Below are positions 1-9,379 of a stretch of DNA of 64,000 nt, one piece after another; the first letter of the stretch is position 1; every line of letters starts with the position of its first letter. Source of the stretch: Myxococcota bacterium (lineage in GTDB: Bacteria; Myxococcota_A; SURF-8); contig CAXXQS010000002.1 in NCBI GenBank assembly GCA_963674735.2, forward strand, positions 1,984,001 through 2,048,000, read 5' to 3'. The translations under genes and the position numbers were made by a program. Under the pieces are notes generated by a model, which saw only the letters and a program-made list of their open reading frames with translations, was not told where the DNA came from and ran no database searches.

Positions 1-539
1 TCCGTTTCCGATTCGCATTCCGCGGGTGCACAGTGGAAGGATCGGCACGTTTCATCCTGTTCGCAGTTCAAGGTGTAATAGCAGTCGGCGGTGTCGCAGC
101 GACTATTCAGGCAAATGCTTTCACTGTCGCAGTCGCTGTCGACCTCACATTCTCCTTTGATGCAGCGCTTGGCCAGGCAGACATCGGAAGACTGATAGTC
201 GCAGACGTACCCCGTTGGACAGTCGCTGGTTTGGTAGCATTGAGTCAGCGAGACACTGCAGCGTCCGCTTTCGCAGATACTGTCCACGGCGCAATCGCAA
301 TCGCTTAGGCAGTGCGGTTCCACGCAAGACCTTCCTTCGCAGATCAGATCCCCGCAGGCAGTATCGTTCAGGCAGTCGTCGGGGGCGTCGTTGCAGCGAC
401 CGCCGGGGCCGCAGATCGTGTTTCCAGGACAATCGATATCGCGCGAACAGGTTTCTCCCAGGTCGTTTGTCCGGTGGGTGCAGGCGGAGAGTGAAAACAG
501 GAACAGTGATAGAAGCAACAAATATCGGCTCATTGCCAT
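1..539 (-). CDS. Cys-rich repeat lipoprotein (3' end runs off the window start)
   Basis: Manual translation from ATG at 539: MAMSRYLLLLSLFLFSLSAC (lipobox), then repeated C-x2-D-x-D-C...C-x2-G-x-C units (CSRDIDCPGNTICGPGGRC, CLSDCDCAVDSICESGRC, CEVDSDCDSESICLNSRC). No stop before position 1; absent from the ORF track. Confidence 0.85.
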   Translation of the reverse strand, partial: MAMSRYLLLLSLFLFSLSACTHRTNDLGETCSRDIDCPGNTICGPGGRCNDAPDDCLNDTACGDLICEGRSCVEPHCLSDCDCAVDSICESGRCSVSLTQCYQTSDCPTGYVCDYQSSDVCLAKRCIKGECEVDSDCDSESICLNSRCDTADCYYTLNCEQDETCRSFHCAPAECESET

Positions 540-542
540 GCC

Positions 543-3476
543 TTAGAAAACATTGTCGAGGGAGAAATACAGCGACCGAATGCCGTCCTGATCGAGCCCG
601 GCCTGGTAGCCCATGCGGAGTGTGATGGCCTGGAAATACCCCACCAGGATGTCCAGGCGGATTTCGCCGCCGATTCCCTTGCGAGTGTCGCTGATTTCGA
701 AATCCTCCGCCCAGGGATAGCCTGCGTCGAAGAAGGGGGCGGCATGCAGACGGCGGAAGTAGATCGGCAGCGTCGCAACCCCGCGGTCGATATTCCAGAT
801 TACGAAGCGGTATTCGGATTTGAACAGGAAGAATTTGTCTCCGGCGATGGAATAAGGGTCGTATCCACGGATGAAATCACCGTAAACGCGATTGTTGCGG
901 ATCAGGTCGGAGACGAAGTCGCTTTCGGGAAGACCCCCGATGTAAAACAGGCGTCGGTCTTGATAGTCGGACAAGCCCATGCCGCCCGAAATCTTCATGG
1001 CCAGCGAATGGCCATCCACCCAGGGGTTGGCGATGTATTCCGCCCAGCCGCCCACGACGGTGATGTTGTTGAACTGCGAACCCAGCACTTCGGTTTCGGT
1101 GCGGACGTTGACGTACAGCGAACGGCCCGAGGCACTGCCGACGAAACCGGGAAATCCTTGGCGGTTGTTGTAGGACCAGCCGATGGAAAAGCCGCTGCCG
1201 AGTCCGGTGTCGGCAAAGGTGGGCGGATCTTCCAGCGGTTCATAGTCATAGCGGTTCAGCAAACGTGTGTACCGGAAGTTGGTTGAAAGTGACAGGGTGT
1301 GGCCGTAATGGTGGCTGTTCAAACCGCGCACCAAGCGGTTCGTGAAAGGGAAGGAAATCGAAGCCGATGCACCGGTACGCGATTCGTTCTGATCGATCAC
1401 CTCGCCGTTTTTAATGGCGGCAGCCTGAACGGTGTAGGAAGTATGAGTGGCGCGAAGGGAGAGGTTCGGCAGAAAACGCTTATAGCTGTAGCTGACACCG
1501 ATGGTGGGATCTCCGCTTTTCAGGCCGACATCGGCTTCCAGTTCCCAGTGATGATTCCCGGCAATGTCGTCGCCCCACATATGGATTCCCAACGTTGAGC
1601 CTGCGTGATCTTCACCGGAGGTCGGTTTCCACAGTTTTGGGTACAAAGAGGGGAAGGGCGAGTATTCCCGATCTTCAAAAGGAACTTCCGGCTCGTCGTA
1701 GGTGCGGCGGGGGCGTAATTCCGGAACGTCGGGTGCTGGAGGGGCACCCAGTTTTTCCAAATCGATCCAAGCCAGATCATAGCCGTTCCACTTGTAACTC
1801 GACACAATCAGCCGCTTGCCGTCGGGCGTAGCCAAGGGGGAGAAAACGCCTCCCAGAACATTGGTCAACTGCCGTGTTTGCTTCGAGACCGTGTCGTAGC
1901 TGTAGGCGTTGTAAATACCCGTGCGATCGGACGACCAGAAGAGTTGGCGACCGTCGAACGACCAGGTCGGGGACATATCCAGGGCGTTATCCTGAGTGAT
2001 GGGGATGATTTGTTGTGTGTCGAAATCGTAAAGATAGATATCTTTGAAGCCGTCTTGACGCCAGCCGGTGAAAGCCAGGTAACGGCCATCGGGTGACCAG
2101 GCAGGACTGAAAACCTGATCGAAATTTCCTTCGGGCAGCAGATCGATGGCGTCTTTGGAGTCGACGTCCAGAAGCATGAGCTTGGATTGTCCGGGACCGA
2201 AGCTGACGAAGGCCAGATGGCGACCATCGGGTGCGAAACTGGGATCGCGCGCCCGCAGGCCATCCGTGAGACGTTCGCTGGTTTTACGTTCGAGGTCGTG
2301 CAGGAAGAGGTCGTAGTAGTAATATTCCATGCGTGTATACGTGAGCTGGCCTGTCACCACGCGTCTTCCGTCCGGGGCGATGGTCGCTCCGCCGTCGTCG
2401 TCGGCTTCGATGACGATCTCATGTTCCATCGTGTCGAGGTCCAGCACCGCCCAGCCATGCCGATTGGGTCGGGCGTCGTCGTGGAAATACAGCATTTTAT
2501 CGCCGGTTGGAAAAAAACGCGCCGAATCGTGATCTTCGCCGGTGTCGGTGAGGGGATGCAATTCGGTTAGTCCCAGGGCTTTCAAACGCTCGGAATCGCG
2601 TCTGTAGCGGGCGATGGTGAGGTCTTTCCATTCCGCGTAGAGACGCAGATAGTCGTCATCGGTGATTCGTTTGAGAACCGTATTGAGGGAATAGGGAATC
2701 AGCCGTTGACCATACAGATAGCCGAGAGCGGCAAAGGTTTTTTGATCGTATTTATCGGCCAGATATTGCATGAACCTGGCCCCGTATAGATACCAGATAT
2801 TGCCGCGCGGCCAGCGGTCGGTGTTGGCCCCGATCTGATCGATTTCCAAGAAATGGTCTTGCAGGGAGTCCATGCGCAGATACATGTCGAACAAGGCCGA
2901 ACGCTGGCGCCCACCGGCGGTGAAAAAAGATTCGTGGAAAATCGCCATTCCCTCGGTGTACCAGCGCGGCATGTACTGATTGGGGTGGATCATTCCGCCG
3001 AAAATCATATTCACGGCGGCCGGGATGCCCGATTTGGTATCAAGCTGAATCACATGGGTGAATTCATGGGAAAAAAGAACGCGGTACCAGTCGTCATAAT
3101 CGTTGAGGACCGATTTGCGTCCGGGCGGTACGGCGTAAAGAACCATGTGGTTATAGGGGTAGACGTTGACCCAGCCATTGGGCGTATCCACATGGTCCAC
3201 AAGGGCGATTTCGGTTTTGAATTTAGGCTCGTATTCCAAAAGCGGCGTCATTTCGGAATAGATATGCTCCGCCATGCGAGCCAGTTGGCGGGCCATGTTT
3301 TCCAGCCCTTGGTGGTAGCTGATGCGGAAATGTTCGGTTTCCATCGTTCGCCAGTGGAGGTCATAGGGGTACGCCCCGAGCGGTTGTTCAAACAAACCCA
3401 GGGTGAGAAGCAGAAACATTAGAATGCCGAGAAACCACTGCCTCATCATCGCCTCATAATATAATCGTTTCATCAT
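543..3476 (-). CDS. Omp85/BamA-TamA family outer membrane protein with N-terminal gluzincin-like peptidase domain and TolB/PD40 beta-propeller
   Basis: Signal peptide; HEFTH...PRWYTEG zincin motif; PD40 repeats (PSFAPDG, PAWSPDG, PTWSFDG); C-terminal barrel with IRGY, EYRF and FFDAG motifs and terminal Phe. Confidence 0.85.
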   Translation of the reverse strand: MMKRLYYEAMMRQWFLGILMFLLLTLGLFEQPLGAYPYDLHWRTMETEHFRISYHQGLENMARQLARMAEHIYSEMTPLLEYEPKFKTEIALVDHVDTPNGWVNVYPYNHMVLYAVPPGRKSVLNDYDDWYRVLFSHEFTHVIQLDTKSGIPAAVNMIFGGMIHPNQYMPRWYTEGMAIFHESFFTAGGRQRSALFDMYLRMDSLQDHFLEIDQIGANTDRWPRGNIWYLYGARFMQYLADKYDQKTFAALGYLYGQRLIPYSLNTVLKRITDDDYLRLYAEWKDLTIARYRRDSERLKALGLTELHPLTDTGEDHDSARFFPTGDKMLYFHDDARPNRHGWAVLDLDTMEHEIVIEADDDGGATIAPDGRRVVTGQLTYTRMEYYYYDLFLHDLERKTSERLTDGLRARDPSFAPDGRHLAFVSFGPGQSKLMLLDVDSKDAIDLLPEGNFDQVFSPAWSPDGRYLAFTGWRQDGFKDIYLYDFDTQQIIPITQDNALDMSPTWSFDGRQLFWSSDRTGIYNAYSYDTVSKQTRQLTNVLGGVFSPLATPDGKRLIVSSYKWNGYDLAWIDLEKLGAPPAPDVPELRPRRTYDEPEVPFEDREYSPFPSLYPKLWKPTSGEDHAGSTLGIHMWGDDIAGNHHWELEADVGLKSGDPTIGVSYSYKRFLPNLSLRATHTSYTVQAAAIKNGEVIDQNESRTGASASISFPFTNRLVRGLNSHHYGHTLSLSTNFRYTRLLNRYDYEPLEDPPTFADTGLGSGFSIGWSYNNRQGFPGFVGSASGRSLYVNVRTETEVLGSQFNNITVVGGWAEYIANPWVDGHSLAMKISGGMGLSDYQDRRLFYIGGLPESDFVSDLIRNNRVYGDFIRGYDPYSIAGDKFFLFKSEYRFVIWNIDRGVATLPIYFRRLHAAPFFDAGYPWAEDFEISDTRKGIGGEIRLDILVGYFQAITLRMGYQAGLDQDGIRSLYFSLDNVF

Positions 3477-3566
3477 AAACGAGGCGAAGGGACGCGCAAA
3501 GGAAAAACGACAGAATTCCGAATGATTCGGAGCCTAAAGCCGGACATGCTTCGGCAATAATGCCGA

Positions 3567-5072
3567 TCAATATGGGACTCCGATGTAGATGGGATTGGAA
3601 TACACCCAGATTATTTCGTGTATATACGTGTCGGCTTCGTTTCCCAGCCAAGGGCGTAGATGCTCCGGCACGATTCGCACTTCGCTACGGTAAATGCCGG
3701 ATTCGACCGCAATTTCCAGGTCATGCCCACCTTCGGCGACGACCTCCCATTCGCCGTCATCGGCCTTGAGAATGCGTGCCGATAGGATCGGCTGCGGCCC
3801 GTTCGGGTCCAGACGATAGACCTGTGGCAGGGTTACGCTCAATTGGGCGGATGATCCGGCAAGGATGTGGTCTCCCATTTCATATACAGTTTCAGCGACT
3901 TCGGCATGGAAATCGAAGCCTACCGGATACCCGAGGTAGTCAAAGGCGCCGTACAGGCGTCCGTGGGCGATCGCTTGTTTGAGAACGGCGTCGTCCACCT
4001 CGCCTTCAGGAATCAACACGTAGTTCGAAAACCAATGCATCATGCGGCGAAAGGAATCGATTCGTTCGCCATCGGGACTGGGATTCTTGAACACGTTGCG
4101 ATGGGCGTCGGTGGCGAGGATAGCGGGTAGGGGCTTTTGCATCAAGGCTTTCGACCAGCGGAAAAGGTCGGCTTCGCTTTCCTGGAAAATGCCGATGATG
4201 GCCAGTTCGACCTCCGGGATGGCTTCCGGCTCGGTATCCATCCGTAGCAACAGGCCGATGGCGGCTCCCATGTTGTCCATCAGGTTCTGATGTAAATTGA
4301 ACATTTCGATGCCATCAATCGGCAGATCGAGAATGGTTTCCACTTCCCAACCTTCGGTATGTTGCAGGAAGACCAATCCGCCGGCGGCCTGCATGGCGTG
4401 TATGGCGTCGGCGTCCTTGCTGTTGTAAATGATTTTGCGTTCTTCGATGGTCTCGGCAACGTGATGCTCCAATCCGATCGGCATCATCCCGGTTTCGGTG
4501 CCTGCCGCGACGATTACCCGCCGTCCGTCTTCGCAAACGACCCGATTGGCGACCGGCAGGCCACCTCGTTCGATCAGCTCGTCGCCTTGCTGATAAAGTA
4601 GCACCTCCGGATATTCGTATTCGGCGAAGAGATCGTCGTGATCCGTCAGGAAAACGAAGTCTTGGGCTGTCAGGCACATTCCGGTGCGGCAGTCTTCGAA
4701 ACAGGTTTCATTACGGACGCCATCGATGAAGGGCTCATCGTCGCAGGCGTCATGGGAGTAGGGGGAATGGCTGTGGATAATACCGCGTTTGATGATGAAA
4801 CCTCGTTGCGGTGGCAGTTCATCGGAAGCCATCACCATCCAGGGGTCGTGAAACGGGCCTTCGGGTGCTTCTTCCGTTTCGTTTTCCGAAAGGATATCGG
4901 TTTCCAAGGAATCGTCATCCGCGTCTCGTTCGGCGTCCACGTCACCATCCGGTTCTTGGCTGGTGTCTTGGTCTCCATCGGGAGTCGCGTTCGAGTCGTC
5001 GGCATCGGACATGCAGCCGCTCAAACCTACAAGAAACAGTGACATTATGAAAACAACATTGATGACTCGCAT
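3567..5072 (-). CDS. Lipoprotein, PHP-like metallohydrolase (CehA/McbA-like) with acidic PDGD linker
   Basis: Lipobox LSGC; PHP motifs HSHSPYSHD, LTDH, QH, GIEMFN, TDAH; C-terminal WVYSNPIY. Confidence 0.75.
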   Translation of the reverse strand: MRVINVVFIMSLFLVGLSGCMSDADDSNATPDGDQDTSQEPDGDVDAERDADDDSLETDILSENETEEAPEGPFHDPWMVMASDELPPQRGFIIKRGIIHSHSPYSHDACDDEPFIDGVRNETCFEDCRTGMCLTAQDFVFLTDHDDLFAEYEYPEVLLYQQGDELIERGGLPVANRVVCEDGRRVIVAAGTETGMMPIGLEHHVAETIEERKIIYNSKDADAIHAMQAAGGLVFLQHTEGWEVETILDLPIDGIEMFNLHQNLMDNMGAAIGLLLRMDTEPEAIPEVELAIIGIFQESEADLFRWSKALMQKPLPAILATDAHRNVFKNPSPDGERIDSFRRMMHWFSNYVLIPEGEVDDAVLKQAIAHGRLYGAFDYLGYPVGFDFHAEVAETVYEMGDHILAGSSAQLSVTLPQVYRLDPNGPQPILSARILKADDGEWEVVAEGGHDLEIAVESGIYRSEVRIVPEHLRPWLGNEADTYIHEIIWVYSNPIYIGVPY

Positions 5073-5255
5073 CGGAGATGTCCTTTCGATGGAGATCGGT
5101 TCGACGAGATCGGGTAACGGACTCGTAACTTGTCATATTCACAGCATTATCGGATACTTTGTTCGTATTGACAACGGAATAATCCCGACAAGGGCACGCG
5201 CGCGATCTCCCGTGCTGCGATTGGGGTGTCGATACTGCCGGAAAGAACGGAAAAG

Positions 5256-6230
5256 TCAGACGGTTCCTTCTCCGAACAGATCGTTGAGAGCGACCAGGTA
5301 ATCAAAATCCCATTTCAGCGCTTTCCAGTCGGTGCAGCGGGTACAGGTGGGGTGTTCGAATCGGTGGTTCAGGTGAGATTCCCTCAAGTCGCGCATGGTT
5401 TGCGACCGCCATATTTCCGCCAATGTTTGGTCGCCGATGCGGCCGATCACGGTTTCTTTGCGCCAGTCGTCGGGACAGAATCGAATCGAGCCGTCGTAGG
5501 TTACCACCAGACGGGTGAAGGGCACCACGCAGGGCCAGCGATCCAGTGGATTCTCGGGATTCGACCAACGGGCGTCGTCGTCGAGATCCTTTTTCGGAGT
5601 CAGCTCCTTGGTATCCACATATTGGCGGTGGATGATTTTATCGGCCAGCGGCGACCAGAAACGTTCGAACTGCTCGTATTCGCCTTTGGGAAGTTCGGGT
5701 TGGCGGATGATGCTCACCATCAGTTTGATCTGGTCTTTCAGTCCACGCGCGTCGCGTTCTCGCAACAGAGTGAAAATATTGGCCATCACCCGAGAGAAGT
5801 CGGATCCTTTTCGGATGGCGTGATAGCTGTCGGGGTAAAGCGCATCGAGACTGACTTCGACGGCCAGGCGCGTCTCTCCCGGATTGAGCAGCGCATCCAA
5901 GGTTTCGCCTTCCATCAGAAGACCGTTGGTGTTTATGGCCAGAACGCGTACTTTTTTCTGGAAGACTCGTCGCAGTTGGGCGGCGATGCCTTTGGGCAGT
6001 AGGGTTTCGCCATCGGGAGTGAGGCGTAGTACGCCGCGGTGGGTGGCGACTTCGTCGATGACCTGGTCCATCACGCTATCGGAAATGGTTTCGGGCCGGT
6101 AATCCGGGACGAGGTTGAACGGATCGGCTTGTGGGCAGTGGATGCAGCGGATGTTGCAGACATTGGTATTTTCCACATGCACGATGGGCGGGAAATCGGC
6201 ATGTTCGGGGCGCTTGAATCCATAAGTCAT
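5256..6230 (-). CDS. Radical SAM protein with SPASM/twitch domain
   Basis: CNIRCIHC cluster motif; C-terminal PCVVPF...FCPDD...IG...CTRC. Confidence 0.9.
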   Translation of the reverse strand: MTYGFKRPEHADFPPIVHVENTNVCNIRCIHCPQADPFNLVPDYRPETISDSVMDQVIDEVATHRGVLRLTPDGETLLPKGIAAQLRRVFQKKVRVLAINTNGLLMEGETLDALLNPGETRLAVEVSLDALYPDSYHAIRKGSDFSRVMANIFTLLRERDARGLKDQIKLMVSIIRQPELPKGEYEQFERFWSPLADKIIHRQYVDTKELTPKKDLDDDARWSNPENPLDRWPCVVPFTRLVVTYDGSIRFCPDDWRKETVIGRIGDQTLAEIWRSQTMRDLRESHLNHRFEHPTCTRCTDWKALKWDFDYLVALNDLFGEGTV

Positions 6231-7282
6231 GAAGACTCCTCGTATACGTTATACGGCAGAACGAAAAAACCGGGAAACGCCTGGCTCACCGCATCTTTTC
6301 CGGCCCGTATGAAGGGGGCGACATCGGTGAGAATTTTGGTGAAAACGCTTGTTTCGGCTTCGGCGCAACCCCAGTTTCGCTTATACGTGTAGCTGGGCGA
6401 TTCTTTCGACGGTGACGATTGGAAGTTAATGGCCCCGCAACCGAGATTGCGTCCCAGTTGAATGGCGGCGTCGTCGAGCAGGAAGCCGGCTCCTTGGCGC
6501 ATGAATTCGGTGGTGGCGGCGCGGAGATAGATGTCCAAGCTCCAACCGGTGAGAAACAAACCGCCTGCCACCATCTTGTCGTCTTGCCGGACTGCGCCGA
6601 ACCGGCACAAGCCTGCCGGGGCCAGTGCGTCGAACAGATCCGCGAAAAAACTGAGGGGTGCGGGGGTGGCTCCGAAGTCGGAAAAACGCGGACATAGGAT
6701 ATGCGAGTACCACTCCGGCAGGTAGGGGCGTCCTTCAACGCCGGAGAAGGCTACCGATAATCCGGCGTCGCTGGCGCGTTTACGTTGGCGTTTGATAAAG
6801 CCACGTATCTTCCAATTCGGAGCGTTATCGGGATCGAAATCATCCGGCAAGTATTGGTAAAACTTATCGAAAATGAAGTCGGGGTCCAGGGCTTCCCGGT
6901 ATAACTCCCGGTCGTCGAAAAACGGGGCGTTAAACAAGCTCAGAACGTCGATCTTCGCTTCACGTGCGGCGGACAGCCAGGCGGATAAAAGCTGTGGGTA
7001 AAGGTTGTTTGAGGGAACGTCGTTACGGCGCAGGATGCCCCCATATCCGGCTGCGAGGGGGCCGGACATCCAGACGGAGCCGATGTCATGTTTGATTTCG
7101 CAAAACGGAAGAAATCCCAGAAGTCGGTTGGCGTGGAAGGCGGCCATGGCGTACCAGGTGTAGCGGGATTCGGACAGACGTTGCCACGCTGCGCTGTGTT
7201 GGGCTAAAGGACGGAACTGTGCGGCCTCGAACTCGTTGAGATAAGGGGTTAGATCTTCGCGGGTGACAAGTGTGCAGTCCAT
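6227..7282 (-). CDS. GNAT-fold (FemAB-like) acyltransferase
   Basis: Two-domain GNAT size; YGG motif; C-terminal INFQSS...YTYKRNWG typical of FemAB-related polysaccharide-locus proteins. ATGA overlap with the downstream gene. Confidence 0.7.
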   Translation of the reverse strand: MDCTLVTREDLTPYLNEFEAAQFRPLAQHSAAWQRLSESRYTWYAMAAFHANRLLGFLPFCEIKHDIGSVWMSGPLAAGYGGILRRNDVPSNNLYPQLLSAWLSAAREAKIDVLSLFNAPFFDDRELYREALDPDFIFDKFYQYLPDDFDPDNAPNWKIRGFIKRQRKRASDAGLSVAFSGVEGRPYLPEWYSHILCPRFSDFGATPAPLSFFADLFDALAPAGLCRFGAVRQDDKMVAGGLFLTGWSLDIYLRAATTEFMRQGAGFLLDDAAIQLGRNLGCGAINFQSSPSKESPSYTYKRNWGCAEAETSVFTKILTDVAPFIRAGKDAVSQAFPGFFVLPYNVYEESS

Positions 7283-7296
7283 TTCTGTGGATTGCC

Positions 7297-8283
7297 TTAT
7301 TTGAAAATAGTCGGAAGCTCAGGTAGCTCCTGCAAGTGCTGGTGATACCACGCAGCGGTTCGCTGAATACCTTCCTCAAGATCGATGTTGGCGGTAAAAT
7401 CGATCAATTCCCGTGACTTATCGATGCTTGGGATCCTTAGTTCGATATCGGAACTGAGCGCTTCTCTAAAGACAATACGCGATTGCGATCCGAGAACGCG
7501 ACAGACCATCTGAGCCAGTCCGAGGATCGTGATCGCCGCTCGCGCATTTCCGATGTTAAAAGATTCGCCGATGGCTCGCGGGTGTTCCATGACGTGCAGA
7601 ACGCCTTCAATCATATCGTCGATATAGCACCAGGCGCGGATCTGGGTGCCGTCTCCGAACACGATGAGGTCTTCGTTCAGGAGCGCTTTTCGGATGAAAA
7701 TATGCAAGGCGCCTTCGCCGACCTGGCCCGGGCCGTAAATATTGAATGGTCGCAAGGTGACGGTGGGCATGCCGTATTGGCGATGGTAGCTGAAGGAGAG
7801 ATGCTCGCCGGCCAGCTTGCTGACGGCGTAAATCCAGCGCGCTTCCCCGACGGCGCCGATGGAAGAACTGTCGTTTTCGGTGGAGCGGAAGGCCGCTGAA
7901 CCGAAAACTTCGCTGGTGGAAAAATCGATAAAACGCTTGAGTTTGGGAAGGGAGAGTGCGGCGCGCAGAACATTTCCCGTTCCCATCATATTGATTTCCA
8001 TGGTTTTGACGGGCATGCGCGCGACGGTATCGATTCCCGCAACGGCGGCCGCATGGACCACGTAATCAGCCCCTTGAATGGCCGTGGCCAGCGCGGTTTC
8101 GTCCAGAACGTCGCCTTTGATGATCGTCAGGCTGGGATGGTTGGCATAAGGCTTGCCGCTCAGGGCATCGCGGTCAAAGGTATCGAAGACGGTGATCGTG
8201 TTCTGTTCGATCAGGCGTTCGACCAAGGTCGAGCCGATAAACCCGCCGCCGCCGGTGATGAAAATATGTTGCCCTTCAATCAT
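7297..8283 (-). CDS. NAD-dependent epimerase/dehydratase (UDP-glucuronate decarboxylase-like)
   Basis: [19 protein letters not shown] and RPFNIYGP extended-SDR motifs. Confidence 0.9.
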   Translation of the reverse strand: MIEGQHIFITGGGGFIGSTLVERLIEQNTITVFDTFDRDALSGKPYANHPSLTIIKGDVLDETALATAIQGADYVVHAAAVAGIDTVARMPVKTMEINMMGTGNVLRAALSLPKLKRFIDFSTSEVFGSAAFRSTENDSSSIGAVGEARWIYAVSKLAGEHLSFSYHRQYGMPTVTLRPFNIYGPGQVGEGALHIFIRKALLNEDLIVFGDGTQIRAWCYIDDMIEGVLHVMEHPRAIGESFNIGNARAAITILGLAQMVCRVLGSQSRIVFREALSSDIELRIPSIDKSRELIDFTANIDLEEGIQRTAAWYHQHLQELPELPTIFK

Positions 8284-9379
8284 GGTTGTTCCCCTGCTTG
8301 GCGGTTAAAACATCGGTATTGGAAAGACGGTCTTCGGCTTCGATCAGTGTCAGCATGGCGCGTCCGAAGTTCCACTTTCCGAAAAAGCGCTCATACTGTT
8401 CCGATTCCAGGTAGGCGCGCATGGCATCGAGGTAGTCGTTGTAGCGGGCTTTGGTCATACCGTTCAGGTATCGATGTAGATCGGCGTAATCCTCGAAAGC
8501 GCGAACATCCACGAAGGTTTCGGCCGGGAAGTAGTCGGTTGGATTGACCGGTCCCCAATAGACCGGCACGGTTTCCCCGCGGAAGCAGTGCAGAATTTTT
8601 TCGGAAATATATCCGTAAACACCGATGCAATTTTCGAAACATAGATTGAATTTGTAGTGCGCCAGAACGGCCATCTTGTTTTCCACCTCACCCACGTAAG
8701 AATGGAAAAAGACCGGTTTCTTATGAGGCCAGCGTTGGACGACGCGCGCCGGATCGTTCAGTCCGCGACCGTAAACATGGAACTCGTCGGATGCCTGTTC
8801 GAAAAATTTGGAAGCTCGAAAACGTTCCGAATAAAGCTCCCGGTAGCTGTCATTGTTGGCATAGCGGTAGCTGTTCATCATCATCATGTAGCGCTTTTGT
8901 TCAAAGGGAATCGGCTTCCAGCCGCTCATGTCGGGGTATGCTTTTCCTTCGGAGATGCGGAAGAACCGGCGGTTGTCGATCAGGTCGTCCTGGTGGGTGA
9001 GGATGCGCCGAAACATCCCCGTCAGCTTCATCAATTCATGGCGTGTATTGGTTGAGTGAATCACCGGAGGCTCGTAGGCCACGAAATAGCAGGGGATATC
9101 CAGTTCGCGGCATTTTTTGTAGAGATCCGGATTGGGGCCGTAGAGTCCGAAAAACACCGCTTTATCCACGCTTCGCAGATCGCTGTATTGATCGTAGGTG
9201 TGTACGTTGACACCGTGGTCGTTCAGATACTGCTTCATGTTCAGCCAGACATGCAGCAGTTTGTCGTGATTCAGGACGCTGGTTTCGTCGAAAATGGCGT
9301 CGCCGTTGTAAATCTCTCCATCCAGAAACAGAGCGAGATTCAGTGTTTTCTCGTTCGAAGCATCATTTTTCGGTTTCAT
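8276..9379 (-). CDS. Glycosyltransferase family 10 (fucosyltransferase-like)
   Basis: YKFNLCFEN...GYISEKI...VPVYWG GT10 signature. Start placed at ATG 9379, which overlaps the upstream stop (ATGA). Confidence 0.85.
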   Translation of the reverse strand: MKPKNDASNEKTLNLALFLDGEIYNGDAIFDETSVLNHDKLLHVWLNMKQYLNDHGVNVHTYDQYSDLRSVDKAVFFGLYGPNPDLYKKCRELDIPCYFVAYEPPVIHSTNTRHELMKLTGMFRRILTHQDDLIDNRRFFRISEGKAYPDMSGWKPIPFEQKRYMMMMNSYRYANNDSYRELYSERFRASKFFEQASDEFHVYGRGLNDPARVVQRWPHKKPVFFHSYVGEVENKMAVLAHYKFNLCFENCIGVYGYISEKILHCFRGETVPVYWGPVNPTDYFPAETFVDVRAFEDYADLHRYLNGMTKARYNDYLDAMRAYLESEQYERFFGKWNFGRAMLTLIEAEDRLSNTDVLTAKQGNNHD

